DNA of 64,000 nt. Source: Pseudogymnoascus verrucosus. Taxonomy: Eukaryota. A program made the position numbers and the translations under genes. Under the pieces are notes generated by a model. That model searched no databases. It worked only from the letters and a program-made list of their open reading frames with translations, and was not told where the DNA came from. This document shows positions 1 through 13,528 of the stretch, one piece after another (the first letter of the stretch is position 1; the number at the start of each line of letters is the position of its first letter). The DNA lies in NCBI GenBank assembly GCA_001662655.1, contig KV460271.1; one strand, written 5' to 3'.

Positions 1-150
1 TTGTTGAAAAGAGCGTGAACCTGGCGGGTGGCGGAGGGGGAGTAGGGAGGGAATATTGTATTTGTAGAAGAGAAAAACAAGAGCAGTTCAGGTAGTAGAA
101 GAGTAGAAGATATAAAGAAGAAGAGACCAGGGATTTTAATTGATTGTGCA

Positions 151-174
151 GGAGGAGGAGGAGGAGGAGGAGGA
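151..174. repeat. (GGA)8 microsatellite
   Basis: Direct reading of eight GGA units. Confidence 0.9.
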
Positions 175-3100
175 GAAGGGAGGAGGGATGTTTAGGTATA
201 GGTAGGTTAGGTAGGTAGGGTAGGTAGGAGGTAGTAGTTGGGTTTTGGGGGTGGTGAACGGGCGCTATTGAGGGCTGTGGTGTGGGTTGGTTGATTGGGA
301 ATTTTAGTATTTTAGTAGGTTTAGTAAGGAAGCGTGGGCAGATTTTGGGGCGGAATTTATTTATTTTGGAGCCAAAAGGTGAGTAAGTGAGTAAAAAGTG
401 AGTGAGTGTGGTACGGGATTGGTACGGGGATAAGAGGTACAACTAATAGTGAATGCTAAAGTGAGTAGGGCAAAGTTGAGTGGCGGGTGGGTGAGGTAAG
501 CTAGAGAGAATACTTGGGACGAAAGTATTTTTAGTTTAGTTTTTGGTTAGTTATTGTACAAATAGCAGATGGGGGGAGGGAGGAGGGAGGATGGGTATAG
601 TAGAGTTACTTTACGACAAGGTACCTACAAGGCTTATTCTAAGGGGGAAAGGACTTTGGGGCAAGCCACACTGGACTATATGCTGGGCCACAACTGCGCA
701 TCTCATCATCATCCCCGTCACATCCATTCCATCCATCTATCTGTACCATCATCACTTTTATCCATTCCCGCCCGATTCCCCCATCCATCCGATCCCATCC
801 CATTGTCAGCCACTATCATTGGGGAAAAAAGGACGAGTTACTGTACCATATAATAGGGCCCGAGAACAATAGTGGACAAACTGTGGGCAGCTGTGGGAAA
901 CTACGGCTCTAGTTCAAGGGCAAAGCGGAGAGCAACACGGTTTATTACTATATCTATTACTGACGTGGGGAACAAGCATGGAGCATTCGTAATGCGAGTC
1001 ACCCCCACCAGCAATACCAGCACCAGCAACAAAGATGGGGCACAGCACGGATTGATTAGTTAGGGCCGTGTAAAGTGGAGGTCCTTTTTTTGCATATTTG
1101 GATGCCCCTTTTTGATTAGCGGTCAGAATTCATAAACGGATGATGCTATATTGGTTATTATTTGGTATTTGGTATTTGCTGTGTTGTTAGACTGGTTGCG
1201 TTTGTTATCCGCGGGATACGATATACACCGAGGAGCAAGGGAAGGGGGGCAAAGGAGGGGAGCAAATGCCAACGACTGGAATTACTAACTACGGTACAAT
1301 ATAGTTCAGTATCATGGTAGGACGAATAGTTATACGCGTACACTTTACCATACTATAATACACCAGTAAGATGATACTCCAACAGATTACTCACTCAGAT
1401 ACTCCAGTAACAGACTCCCAGTAAGATACCATAGGCCTCAAATATGACTATACGGACCAAAGAGTACATCAATGGATTAAGGGTGATACTCCTCCCGTAT
1501 GTATTAACAAGTATTAGTGGGGAACCTTGCCCTCCCAAAATCCTTCCCTCCCACTCAGTTAACTGTCCCACTTACACCAACTGTACCACTGATAGCACTT
1601 CTACCAATTATTACCATAGTAAAAAAAAAGAGATAGATACTCCGCCCTACAGTACTTTACCATTTCCAATGTTTCAACAACCTGTCTTAGCACCAACGCG
1701 CCTCCTACAAGTGTCACGGAGCTCCTTCGGAACACTGGGGAAAATAGTTTAGGATTTTCATTTGTTATTAAAGGACCGTATCTGATGGCCGGAAACAGTA
1801 GCTCGCTACCCTCCGTTTGGTCCTGACAATGCCCATCCCGTCTGCGATCTCCCAAACTATGACGATATGACGATCCTCCCCTCGAAACCCCCCTCCTCCC
1901 CTTCCGTCTCTCCGCAATCCCGCCATCCACAATATCCGCCCTACCTACCTCCTTTCTTTGTCCGTCTCTCACCGTGTCTCTCCTCCTCCGCTCCCCCTCC
2001 CCACCGCCCCTCCTCTCCAAATTGCCCCATGCAGCTCGTATTCCCGCGGCCGGAAGAAACCACCACACCGCACCGACACCTAAGGAGAAAGAAAAAAAAA
2101 ACACACCAACAAAAACGAAAAACAAGTGTCTAACAATAGCTCAGCGTTCCGACCTAACTACTGCGGCGCGAAGTTCTGATTGTGGGGGCGACCGCCGACA
2201 CCCCTCCCCCCCTGGTCGCTTTTTGCTTTGCTCTGAATCCGCCCGTTTGACGTTCCCCACGTGCTTGATAGGCTACAGAGTACATTCCCCGTCATCACAC
2301 ATGAGAAGGCGTCGCGACCGCAAGCGTAACCGTCACTTTTTGGCGGTTTTAGCCTGTTAGATCTATATGTTACTCAGATTTCTGAGCCAGTCAGTGGTGG
2401 TGAGCTAGTGGTAGGCTCCGAACAATCTAATCCAGTGACCCAGTGATCTGAATGGGCTGAATGGGAACCGCCGGAGGGAGATGTGAGATGTATGTGCGAC
2501 GGGGTTACTCCATCACACAACCTCCCAACATGCCGCCGAGGCAGGTACACAGATGACCTGTCCCCCACCGCAACCCAGCAAACCAACACCATCCCACCAC
2601 CACCAAAAACCCGCTGCAGCTGCAGCTGCAACTTTGGCTCTTTTACTCGCATCGCTGGGTGACAAAGGGGAGCGAGGCGAGGGGGGGGCCATCAGATTTG
2701 CTCATTGCCGGTTGCTTATTATGGCACGTCGCGCATCATGTACAAGGTCATCTGGGACCCGACATGGGTTCCTTCCATCTATTCTAGAAAAGGTGGCAGC
2801 GCCATCCAAGCACGGGCATCAGCGCCAGCGCCAGCGCCAGTGCGCATCGCGGTGCATCGTTGCATCGTCGCTTTCCATTCCACCATTTTCGTGCTGGTGC
2901 TTGTGCTTGTGCTTGCAGAAAGTGCTTGCCTCTGCCTGTCTGCCTGCCTGCCCGCCCTCAACTCGGACCCGCCCGCACCAAAGCTGCGCCGTGCGCTCTG
3001 CAACAAGCAAGCAAGCAAGCTCACCATACCGCGCGGCGCAAGCCGCGGAATGGAATTGTGAGTTGGGGGCCGGGAAACATTCATGCACTCGCTCGCTGAC

Positions 3101-6100
3101 AGCGAAGGCGCAAGGCGAGTGTACTCGTAACGCAACTGCGGTGCTGTACTGTACAGTTTGCTGATTGCGGACTCGCGATTGGAGGCATCTGTCGTCGCCA
3201 TATCGCCGGCTGCTATAGGACGTGGTAAGTACCTTGATGCGCAGCTTCTCGTGAGCGAGGAGCTGAGGCAACGGGGGGAATGGCGAGTCCGATTGGATGC
3301 CGTGCAGCAACTCTGATACTCTCCCATCGTCACTGGGAGCTTCGTCTGCTCGTGCGGCGGTAAGATAGTCACGGCGATGTGCGACGTTGTCACGTCACCG
3401 CCACTTCATCCCTTCTCACCTCCTCCAATGCCACCCGGGTCACGTCTTCTTGGGCACATTTTTTTTGCCGCCGAGGCACAATCCGAATGTGATGTGCGAA
3501 CATGATTTCCGTGCTTGCTTGTTTGCTTCGTTTCGTATGGGTACCCAGGGACAAGGTTCGCAACGGGCACGAAAAGCCACGTATGGGGTGGTAAGCCAAC
3601 CAGCGCGACAGAAGCACACGAAGCACAGGCGCCATGGGTTTTACAGGGCGATGTTCTGCACCACACCGCATCCTGACTTGCTTCCTGCACAGGCAACAGG
3701 TACCCTGATCGTCGGTCGGTCGGCGGTCCATGTCTACCTTGGCCCTTTCTCTTACCTTGCCTTTTGACTCCTTGCCAGCCAGCTCCTTGTCGGGACATGG
3801 GGTCAAGCATCCCCAGTTATCCCGACTTCTTGGTCATGCCCCGCGGTCATGTGCGCCTCACTGACCCAAGTTGCATTGGTTGCATCTTTGCTGACGGGGA
3901 TTGTTGCGAGTAGTTTTTTTGGTTGCTCGCGCCAGTAGATGAGCTGGTGTCCGATGTATGCGATGATGTGTGTACGACTGTACGAGGGGAGCGTAAGTCT
4001 ACGGAAATAGCTACGTACCAAAGTATTCAACCCCTCCAACTTCCTTTTCATACCCATAAATACTAAAAAACTCCTAAATGACTGCTTACAGTGCGAATAA
4101 ACGAACAACTAAAGGGAAAAGCCGAAACCGCAGTTCAGTGGCATTTAGCCCTCATCATCTGTGTCCCCCCCTATGACCCATCACAGCACCAACAGCCAAC
4201 ACCCGCCCAACTGCAACCAACTCACTGTATCACTATCACACAACGCCCGCTGTCCTGAATTTGCGAATAGCGTCTACCATCAACAAGTAATCTCTTCCTC
4301 CCGTCCAAACCCTGACTACTCCCGTCTATCCTGACTATCATATCCGTCTTGAGGCTTCCCCTACAGAAACCAGTCCTACCATCCTACCATCCTACCAAGA
4401 CACAGCATCATCCATCCATCGTACAAAAGTCACACAGCCCGAAAAATAAGGCTGCATTGCCCCTCTCTCCCCCTCTCACCTCGGTGTGCGAGGTTGTTGT
4501 TGTGCTGTGCTGCCCCATCGCGCTACCACGTCATAGGCAACCTGTTAGCCTTGTCCCCATCCCCGCCCCCTGTTATCTCCTCTAACTCCTTCTTGAACCA
4601 TTCTGCGTCATTAACCCCACCTTAACAAAACACGAGGAAACGAGCTTGGTAAACTATTTTCGAAATCCCATGCCGCCCTAACGCTACTATTATTACTATA
4701 GTAAGATATAGCAGGATATACATAGGTGTATAGTATAGTAAGGATATAGTAAGATAATAAACCTATGTATACGCACACACACGCACAGGCCTAACAAACA
4801 CATCCCTCCCCCTCTCTTTCCCCCTTCCCACCAACCCCACATCCACCATCCACCAGCAACCGCGGACGCGCGATCCACGCACCTCCATCGCCGCCCGTTC
4901 CCATTGTTGCCTGGGGATCGGCGTTTCAGGTTAAAGATCGCTGTGCTTATCGGCCTCCTCCCCCCCCGCCCCTTTCCAGCAAGCACGGATGGTTTGCTCG
5001 CCCACCCCCTCCCTCGGGATGATTTGTCGACTACCTACGGTACTGTAATCCCCCCCCAAACAAAGCGGCGGGATTGCGATTCATCGGTCAGTTCAGCTCC
5101 TGCAAATGGGAGCGCGTCATCGTCATCCGGAGAGACACACGACATGGTTCGATTGCGATTACGTCCGATTGCTCATCTGTGGGACATGGAGAAGGGGGAG
5201 AGGGGAGGAAAAGGGGGGTGGCCGTCCAAAAATCATCTTTCCTTTCTTTTTGTGGATGCGGTGCTACGACGCACGGCATGATGGGGATGGGGGGGGGCTT
5301 GGGAGCCGTTATTTCGAGGTACCCGTACGTACGTGCGTTGAGTGGTGAGTGCTGAGGATTTGAGATGGCGGAGATGGGAGATGGAGATGCACGTAGTCTG
5401 ATGGGGGCCGTGTGGTGCATATGCACGTCACGGTAGAGTGATTTCGTGCACCGGAGCTGGGTAACACAGACAGGTAGGTTGGCTTCCCTTGGACGTCTGA
5501 GCGCGGTCGTCAAACAGACGTTTTCTTTTGCTTAGCTGTGGGGTTATGGGTTATGGGTATATTGATTCTGCGTCCGAGGGCAGAGGGGAGGATAGTAGAG
5601 CGGGAGATGTTCGCTATGGTCTCGTTGTGTCGTCTCGGCGTTGGCCTTCGTCTAACCGCCAGCACGGTTTATTCCATAAATACCCTCCGTCTCTTTCCAA
5701 CAGCGCCGTCTCCGCACCAGTGGCTCCTCCCAAACGATGACGCCAAACGACTCCTAATCCCGTCCCTGCAATCCTTGGCGACGCGTCGGCGCTGATTTGA
5801 CCACCGCGATCGAGGATCCCACGAGTAGATAGATGGAATACGAGTCATCATCAACAAGGAAAATAGCAAGCAAGACCTTGGAAAGACCTGTTTCTCGGAT
5901 TTGCAATGCAGCATCTTCACACCCCTCCCCTCTCCCCTCTCCTTTCCAAGCACACAAAGCAGCCATCGAAGCGACTACTTCGGTGCTAGCGCTGGTTCCA
6001 GGACGGACCATCCCGCGACATATTTGCAGGTACATTTGTGGCTGCGGTGGATCCCATCTGACCGTCGTTGTTGGTGTTGGGATTATATAGTTGAGTAAGT

Positions 6101-8568
6101 AAGAGGGAGTAAGTAGGTAATCCTGTATGCGCTGCGCCGTGGCACAGGCATGCGGTGAGACGATACTGCTTATTAGAGTGGCGAGGGGCATCGTAGAGTC
6201 GGTAGATCTGTATATTGCAGTCACGCGAGACAGTACGGTTTCTGGGAGCCCATCGAGGAAAGGGAGAGGGGGGACTTGACGACTTGGGAATTCAAGCAAC
6301 CGACCCGACAACCCGAGACGCAGGTCTACTCGGCATAGTGCGTCCTGCCATCTTCCGTCCCGTTCACGGGCTGCTGTTTGAACTCCCCATTACTTGCCCC
6401 CCAAGTACCCATTTCCAAGGCTTACCAAGTATCGCCACGCTCGCTGGTCGAAACAGCACATCAGCTCGTCCGTTCGTTGTCAACTATAGTTATGTAGCTA
6501 TGCCTCACACCACCCGATCGTCCGCGCCCTCGCTCCTCTTCCGGAAGGTCTCACTGATGCCGTATCGTCATCGACGGGCCGCGATCAAACAGAGTCACGT
6601 GTCTTTCAATGCCCAAGCTGTGCTGTGCTGTGCGTGATGCAGTGTGATATTTCGTACATACACATGAGAATGCGAGTGGGAGCGCGGGAGTGGGAATGGC
6701 AGTGGGAGTGGGAGTCGGGGAGGGAAGCTTAACAAAAAAAAACGTGCATCGATAACCTACCCCCCTCCCATCCTCCATGTCAACCACCACCCACCTCACC
6801 CACGTTGCTTCTTCAACAACCCCGTCCACCTGCAAGCACCACCACGAACCAATGGCGCGGCCCGCACGGCAGTAGACACCCCTCTCCTCTCTTGTAATAT
6901 CGAGGGCAGTGCGATAGCGATAGCGAGAGCGCCCACGTGCCTGCTGCCCTTCCCAGAGCATGCCGACGCCCGCGGCTGCATGCGCATATGGCTTGCTTCT
7001 TGCGTATTTTTGGGGAGGGGGTTCCGGTGGAGTGGTGCGATGGCATGGGATGGGGATGGGATGGGATGGGATCGTGCGTTTGGGGAGACGGGAAGGTTTG
7101 TTTTTTGAAGCCATGGTTGAGGGGTGTGTGATGGGCGATTGGGGGTGCGGCTGGAGATGGAGGGTGTCTTATCGCACGCACCTGTCGCGCTGTGCTGGCA
7201 CTGGGAGGGAGTGGTTATAGGTTGGAGATAGGGAGGGAGTGTGTCGTTACTATTGCGACAGCCTCACGAGGGGAGAGGAAGTGGGAGGAGGAGGGGGAGA
7301 AGGGGAAAGGGAAGGGGCATGTGGTGCCTTCTGACTCAATCTGCGGAAGTGAGTGCATACTTTTACATACCTACAGGTCAAGGACCTTTTAACTTACGTC
7401 TTCGCAATTCCGCCCATCTGCCCTCCCCCTCCCCTCCTCCATCGAAACCGACGGTGACCCCCACGGAAAAGGTGATATCCCCCAGCGATTTGAGGCAATT
7501 AAGACGGCAGCAGGAGCAGGAGCTGAAGCAGCGTCGCGCGCGGCGGAATGAATGCACATCGCTCGCTATTCCCACCTGCATCGCTCGCGCGCTCGTACGA
7601 CACCTGATGCTCCTCTATCCTGCCCCAGCACCTCCCTGGTTGGACTAGACGGCTCTACTCACTCTACCTGGGCCAAGAAGCTTACGGTACACCTTTACCA
7701 CTTGCCTCCTGGTCTCCGTGGATGCGGTATAGAGAGAGTACAGTACAACAAATTCCAGTAGCGGCGAACAGCTGCACCTCAGCATTTCAGCAGCATCTAC
7801 ATCCCTCGCTGCATCTCCTAGCCCCGCCTCTTCTTCAGCCAGCAAGGTACCCCAAAACGCAATCAATCGACAATCCACCACCACCTACCTACCGACCCAA
7901 AATCCCGCAGACCCTCCCCATTCCCAAGGCAACTCCCGCCCCCATAAGCTGCACAACTAACCAACAAACCCTCTCTCCCATCCCCAAGGCTCGCACAACA
8001 GCATCGCGGTGAGCAAAACCCGCTGCCGAGGACCCCACTGCTCAAAGCGGTGAGCGCGCCTCCGCCTCTCCACCCGTTACACAGCGGTCCACCCACGATC
8101 GGTGAGCCCCAACTCGGCCTGCCTCCATCACTGCGACTCAGGCAAGGTACGCGCCTTGCGCAGCCCCTCCTTCTGCTGTCCCCCCCCCCTCGTATCGGCG
8201 CTGAAATTGCCAAGCCGCCGCCTCTTCCCTTCCAACAACAGCGCACGAGGCGCCAGAGAGAGGAGGCCAGGCAGATCGCCCGATGGGGGCGAGCGCAGGA
8301 TGGATGGGGGTTCGGATGCCTCGTGATGCTGATGGATGGTGCGTGCTGGCCGATCCCGTTTCTGGGCTAGGGAAGGGAGGGAGGGAGGGAGGGAGGGAAA
8401 GGAGCGAGAGGGGAGAGGGAAGAGGGGAGATGGTGTGTGTCGCCTTACCCGTTCATCCGATGCCCTTGTATGCCGTAGGTGTTCTATTCATCCAGGCCTG
8501 TTGGTCGTAGCCTTGCATTGCCGCCGTAAAGAAATGTTATAATAAATAGCGGTAAATCGTTCTCATGG

Positions 8569-8576
8569 TCACGTGA
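8569..8576. promoter_or_regulatory. Palindromic E-box TCACGTGA about 180 bp upstream of URB2
   Basis: Exact bHLH (Cbf1/SREBP-type) palindrome; function inferred from position only. Confidence 0.3.
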
Positions 8577-8755
8577 TATCGAAATGTGATAGCTCGGCGG
8601 ATTGTTGGCGCTAGAGGAAGTAAGGAAGGCGGTGGCGCAATCTGGGATTCTGCCCATTCAGCCCAAATTATTCCTGCAATAGCAAACGGTGGTACGATTC
8701 TAGAAGCTTTGCAACCGTCCAGCTTTCCCATTTCCAACGGGGTGGACTTTTGATA

Positions 8756-11700
8756 ATGTCAATGGTACGTACTACCCCAATATACCGGGCTTGCGGGGGA
8801 CACTGCTGATATATGAAAAATGAAGGCGAAAGAGGCGCAGACCAAGCTCGCAGAGCTCGAGAAGGAAGACGCCCCTATCGCGGAGCAACTCGAGCAGGCG
8901 GGCGCATTCGCCGGCATCGAATGGCTTGATTTCCTGCAGACGGCTATAACGACTCCCGGGGAGGCGAGGACGGGCAACTTTCACGGCAGAGAGGAGTGGG
9001 TGCTGAGATGGCTGCTGAAGAAGTTGGGGGGTGAAGAGGCGAGACGCTGTCCGCAAGCTTGGAGACTGCTGAGGTGTCTCGTGCAGAGGGTGCCGGTGCC
9101 GATGGCGGCGAGGTGTTTGAATGAGAGGAAGGGCGTGGGGATGTTGAGGTTGGGTGCTGAGGAGGCGGTGGGGAGGAGGAAGGGGAAGGAGGTGGAGGTG
9201 GTGAAGCCTGATAAATCGGGGTCGAGGAAGAGGAAGAGGGGGGAGGAGGCTGTGACGAATGGGAATGTTGAGGAGGAGACTTATGATGTTGCGGAGGCTA
9301 TGTATGAGGTCCTGGAACAGATTGTGGGACTTGCGACGCCGGAGGAACAGCTGGAGGGCGATGCTTTCGCGGCGGAGTACATGAAGTCTGTGACTAGGCT
9401 TGCTCTTGAGGAATCGGCGAAGCTGCTTGGGTCGTGGCTCGAGTTGTGCCGACTTACTCGGGATAAGGGTGATGAGGCGCAACTTTCTGGATGGCTCACT
9501 CCATTCATTGAGACATGGAAGGCGCGCATGGATGGCGGTGATGATAGCCTCGTGTTCTCGACGCATTGTCTGGAGCCGTTGCTAAACTTATCCTCGTCTT
9601 CGGACCTTCTCCCACACTGGCAAACACAGCTTGAGCAGCTTCTGAGCCGCAACATCATCCTGCCGGCAAGAAACGCCTATACGGCCTCCAAGACAACGGA
9701 TGTCCTCGCCTCGTTCGTCACCAATTCTGTGGCGGCGAGACCCGATTTCGCGCCTATCCTTTTCGAAAACGCGATTCACAGCTTGCAGCCAAATAGTACG
9801 CACCGCAGCCGCACGCAGGATGCCGCGTGGCTACAGGCTCTCTTCAGGGTCCTCTCTGATGCGTGCCCAGCTGAACAAAGGGAGGTCAAGAATGGGGCTA
9901 TTAACAAGATGATGAAGATGTGCTTAGAGCACAAGATTCCATTAGATGTTGACCTCTTGCGGTCTATTACTTGGGAGTGTGGACTTCATAGTGAAGGAAC
10001 GGATGAGGAGATCATCGCTACAGTGATCGCTTTGGATGGCCTTGTCTTCACCATCCCGAATGCCGACGAGAAGGATATCCTAAAAGAGCTTTTCTCGCGT
10101 ATCACCCTCCTGTCAACAAAACCCGAGTGGCCTGATATGGCAGACACATATGTCGACAAGATCCTCGTACCGCTGATGGGCGATTTTGCCAAGGCTCGCG
10201 ATCTGACGGGCTTCATCAATCATTGGTACGAACAGCTTGTTGCATTTGATTCCATCATCTCAGAGCGCCCATCAAAAAAAGACCTGGGTCATTTCGGAGC
10301 CTGGGAGGATGATGCACTATTCGCAAAGTTGAAAGAAATCATGGAGGCTTCTTTGACTTCGGAGCAGATCAAGTCTATTCTAGATGGGATCCGGGAGAAG
10401 ACAGGCAGCCCAGGACCAGCTCTGGTGATGATGGATGCTGTTGCCGGCGCACTTACCCGCGAGGAAACCGTCGGCACCGCGGAGCTCCCATTGTGGGCGT
10501 TTTCCTGGGTCATGGCACATAAGGATGTTCCAGAGCGCTATAAGCTCCGACAACCGCAAATCCTGACACACGTTATGGACGCAACCTCTCTGACGGCCTT
10601 CCAAGAGCAGTGGGGCAGCGAAGCAGACATGGCTAAACATGTGTCTAATGCACGCGTCATGGTAACAAGCTCCAACTCACTCGTTGAGCTATTCAGGAGT
10701 GCAGCCTCGCAGCATACGTTGCTGTCTTTGGTGAACAAGGAATTGGCCAATGAAAAACTTGTTCTAGCTATGAAAGAAGTAACGGAGGAGTTTTTCAAGG
10801 AGGATGCGATTCCGTGGTTTGCGTCTAGCGGGAAGGGGTCGAAGAAGAAGGACGCAGCGAGGCGTTCTATTGCTATCAAGCTTCAAACCCCCGACACTAC
10901 ATTTGCCCTTGCCAAGATAATCCTCGTCGATTATCCGAAGCTCATCAAGTATGTTCTGTGCTAAAGCCCCAGTGTATCTCTCTCTTGCTAACATTTAATA
11001 GGGTTGTCGCGGCTCCGGTTAAAAAAGGGAAACCAGTCCTCCAGACTTTGTTCTGGCTCGCATCGATGACTACCCCTTTCAGCGCAGAGAACAGCCCCAA
11101 TGGTTGGGTCCGACGCAACAACGATGCCTTCCCTGGGCTCTGGCGGACGATGCTCAAGAATGATGACATACTGAATGATCAGGAGTTAATTGGTATGCAC
11201 TAGGGAAATCTATTACAAGGAACACGAAACTAATCGTTTATTTACAGAAATCATCATTGATATCATATTGAATAGTGGGACCCATGAAGACAACCCGATC
11301 GAAAGCCGGATGTCCTGCAACGGCTTCGCTATCGAATGCCTAAACAGCCTTCCCATTGAAGTATTCAAGAGGAGCATCAGAGAGCGTGTGCTTAGGGCCT
11401 GGCCACCAGCGGCGCCTGAACCATCCCTTAATGATACCAAGACATTAGCTTATCGAATGAGCAACATTGACGCCGCCGTCATTAGTCTGAAGATGAAGAT
11501 GATGGAGAGGCCCTCCATTTACGAGGGGTTCACTTATAAAGATCTCGATTCGCTTTCGCAAGCTATTTCGGAACTGAGCCCGGATCCCAGAGCGCCTCTT
11601 GATACTTTTGCCGAATACGCTCGACGAACGCTTGGGCATATTGGGGACACTATTGGCCAGGCCAAAAGTGACACTTTTGTCATGGATATGATGACTGACC

Positions 11701-13091
11701 TACGTCTCCGTGGCCCTGATGATAGCAGCAAGTCCACAATTGGCTGTGGACGAATCCAACTGGCTGTGGCCTTCCTATCTTTCCTCGCGACGAGCGAGTC
11801 GAGGGTGCTGAAAGTTGAGGGGGTGACCGCCGAGAAGATTTCGGAACTCAAGACCACGTTCAGAGACGAATTCGTATCCAACCTGAGGCGCTTGGTGCAG
11901 AAGCCTTCCAAGCTGAAGAAAGAGACCGATGAGCGCTCCATGTCACTGTACAGCACCATCCGCGCTCTAGAGAACCCAGTATTAGGAGTAAATCCGCGCT
12001 CGCTATCCCATCTCTACGATGACGCAACCACGTGCGCAAAGGACGTGGAAGAGAGGAACCCGGCTCTTGCATCCCAGATCAAGACATTTTTCATCTCGCA
12101 CATTGCCGAGCCCTCAAAGGTCGAGGAGTCTGAACTTTTCGACGAGGATGTCACAACCTCTGCCGGTAGGGTCGCTATCATGAGAGCAATGCAAGCGAAG
12201 ACCGCAACGATGGATGAGAGCGAGAAGCGCGATCTACTACTCCGCGGCCTACTTCCCGGCAGCGCCGAGAACCTCGACAAGCTTCTAGCCATACACTACG
12301 TCCTCGAGTCGTGTGAAGGTAAGTCCACCCCCACTCCCCCACCCTCCACCCTCCCTAACACTATTCCAGACCAATCCCCCCCTTCCACCGCCGAAGAAGC
12401 CAAAACCTCCCTCTCAACAATCTACACCACCCTAACCAAAACCCTCATCTCCCCCCCCTCCCTCCCCCACCTCTCCCTCCTCACCTCCATCCTCTCCCAC
12501 ACCCTTCGCACAAAACCACGCTGCATAACCCAGCACGCCATCGAAAGCACCCTCGCCGCCATCCCCGCGCACCTGTCTCGCCCCCGCTTCTCCCCAGCAA
12601 GAACACACACGCACTTAACCTCCCTCCTAAGCACCCTCCTCACCACACACCGCCTATCTGTGACCTCGCGCGCACCTCTCCTCAACCTCGCGCTACTCGC
12701 TCTGCTCGCCCCTCTCTTCACAGCTGATCTCGGCATCAAGCACGCAGAAGCCTACTCGCGCCTGCTGACCACGCTCGCCGACCCCGCCGCGACAGCAGTG
12801 CGCGCATCGACTGCCACGCCGCTCGTTTCGGCGACGGCGAAGGCGAAGCGCCAGGCTGGTGCGCATTTGCCTGTTATCGTGGGGGCGTATGTGAAGCTGA
12901 GTCTTGATCCGAGTTCGCGGATGCAGCTTGCGGTGAGGGAGGAGCTGAAGAGGGGTCTTTGGACGGTGTTTTCGGCTATGGGGGCGGAGGGACGGAAGGT
13001 GTTGGGAGAGGAGATGGATAGGAGTGGGAGGGATGTGCTGAGGGGGTTGGTTGGGGAGTGGGTCCGGTTTGGGAAGTGGAAGGGGAATTAA
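8756..13091 (+). CDS. URB2: Nucleolar pre-ribosomal-associated protein Urb2/Npa2 (60S biogenesis), 5 exons
   Basis: Predicted exons 8756-8764, 8826-10948, 11002-11192, 11248-12318, 12370-13091, joined by GT..AG introns that link the ORFs at 8820, 10958 and 11190. N-terminal 'FHGREEWVLRWLLKKL' and C-terminal 'AEAYSRLLTTLADP...AKRQAG...LKRGLWTVF...GEWVRFGKWKGN' resemble fungal Urb2 proteins. Confidence 0.85.
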
Positions 13092-13528
13092 AGGGGGATG
13101 TTGGACTGGCGTAGATGTTACTTGTTTGTTTATTTGTTTTTTTGTTGGGCTGAGGACTATTTTTTAGAGGACCTAATTTAAGGGAATGGTCTTATATAGG
13201 ATATAAATAATATGATTATGCTCCTATCGGAATGATGCGGGTGCTGTGAAGTGGTTATTTATGGGCAAGTCAGTGTATATCACTAGGCGTCCACTGTAAA
13301 AATGTGAAATTCGCTGGTAAAAGGGTATTTTATTTAAACCCGCTGAGAATACTTTAATGCTGTTGGAACTACACCGTATCCTATCCCATACTCGTCGCTA
13401 TCGAGGCCGATTTAAACAGGCCCATGCATCAGTGCGCCCCAAAAGATAATAATCCAACTCCATGCTGCTCATAACTCTATATGTGCCACCCCATCCGACT
13501 TGCGAAACACCATCTTCCTTCTTCTTTC

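Noticed and set aside
543..8542. Dozens of 60-200 aa ORFs on both strands
   Set aside because: Low-complexity translations of microsatellites and purine/pyrimidine tracts, mutually overlapping, many without ATG, no motifs or consistent splice structure.
8772..9566. 264-aa antisense ORF
   Set aside because: Shadow of the GC3-biased URB2 coding strand; similar shadows overlie most real genes.
12319..12369. 51-nt in-frame intron in URB2 as a regulated retention event
   Set aside because: Short C-rich 3n introns are often stop-free by chance, and the splice signals are strong.
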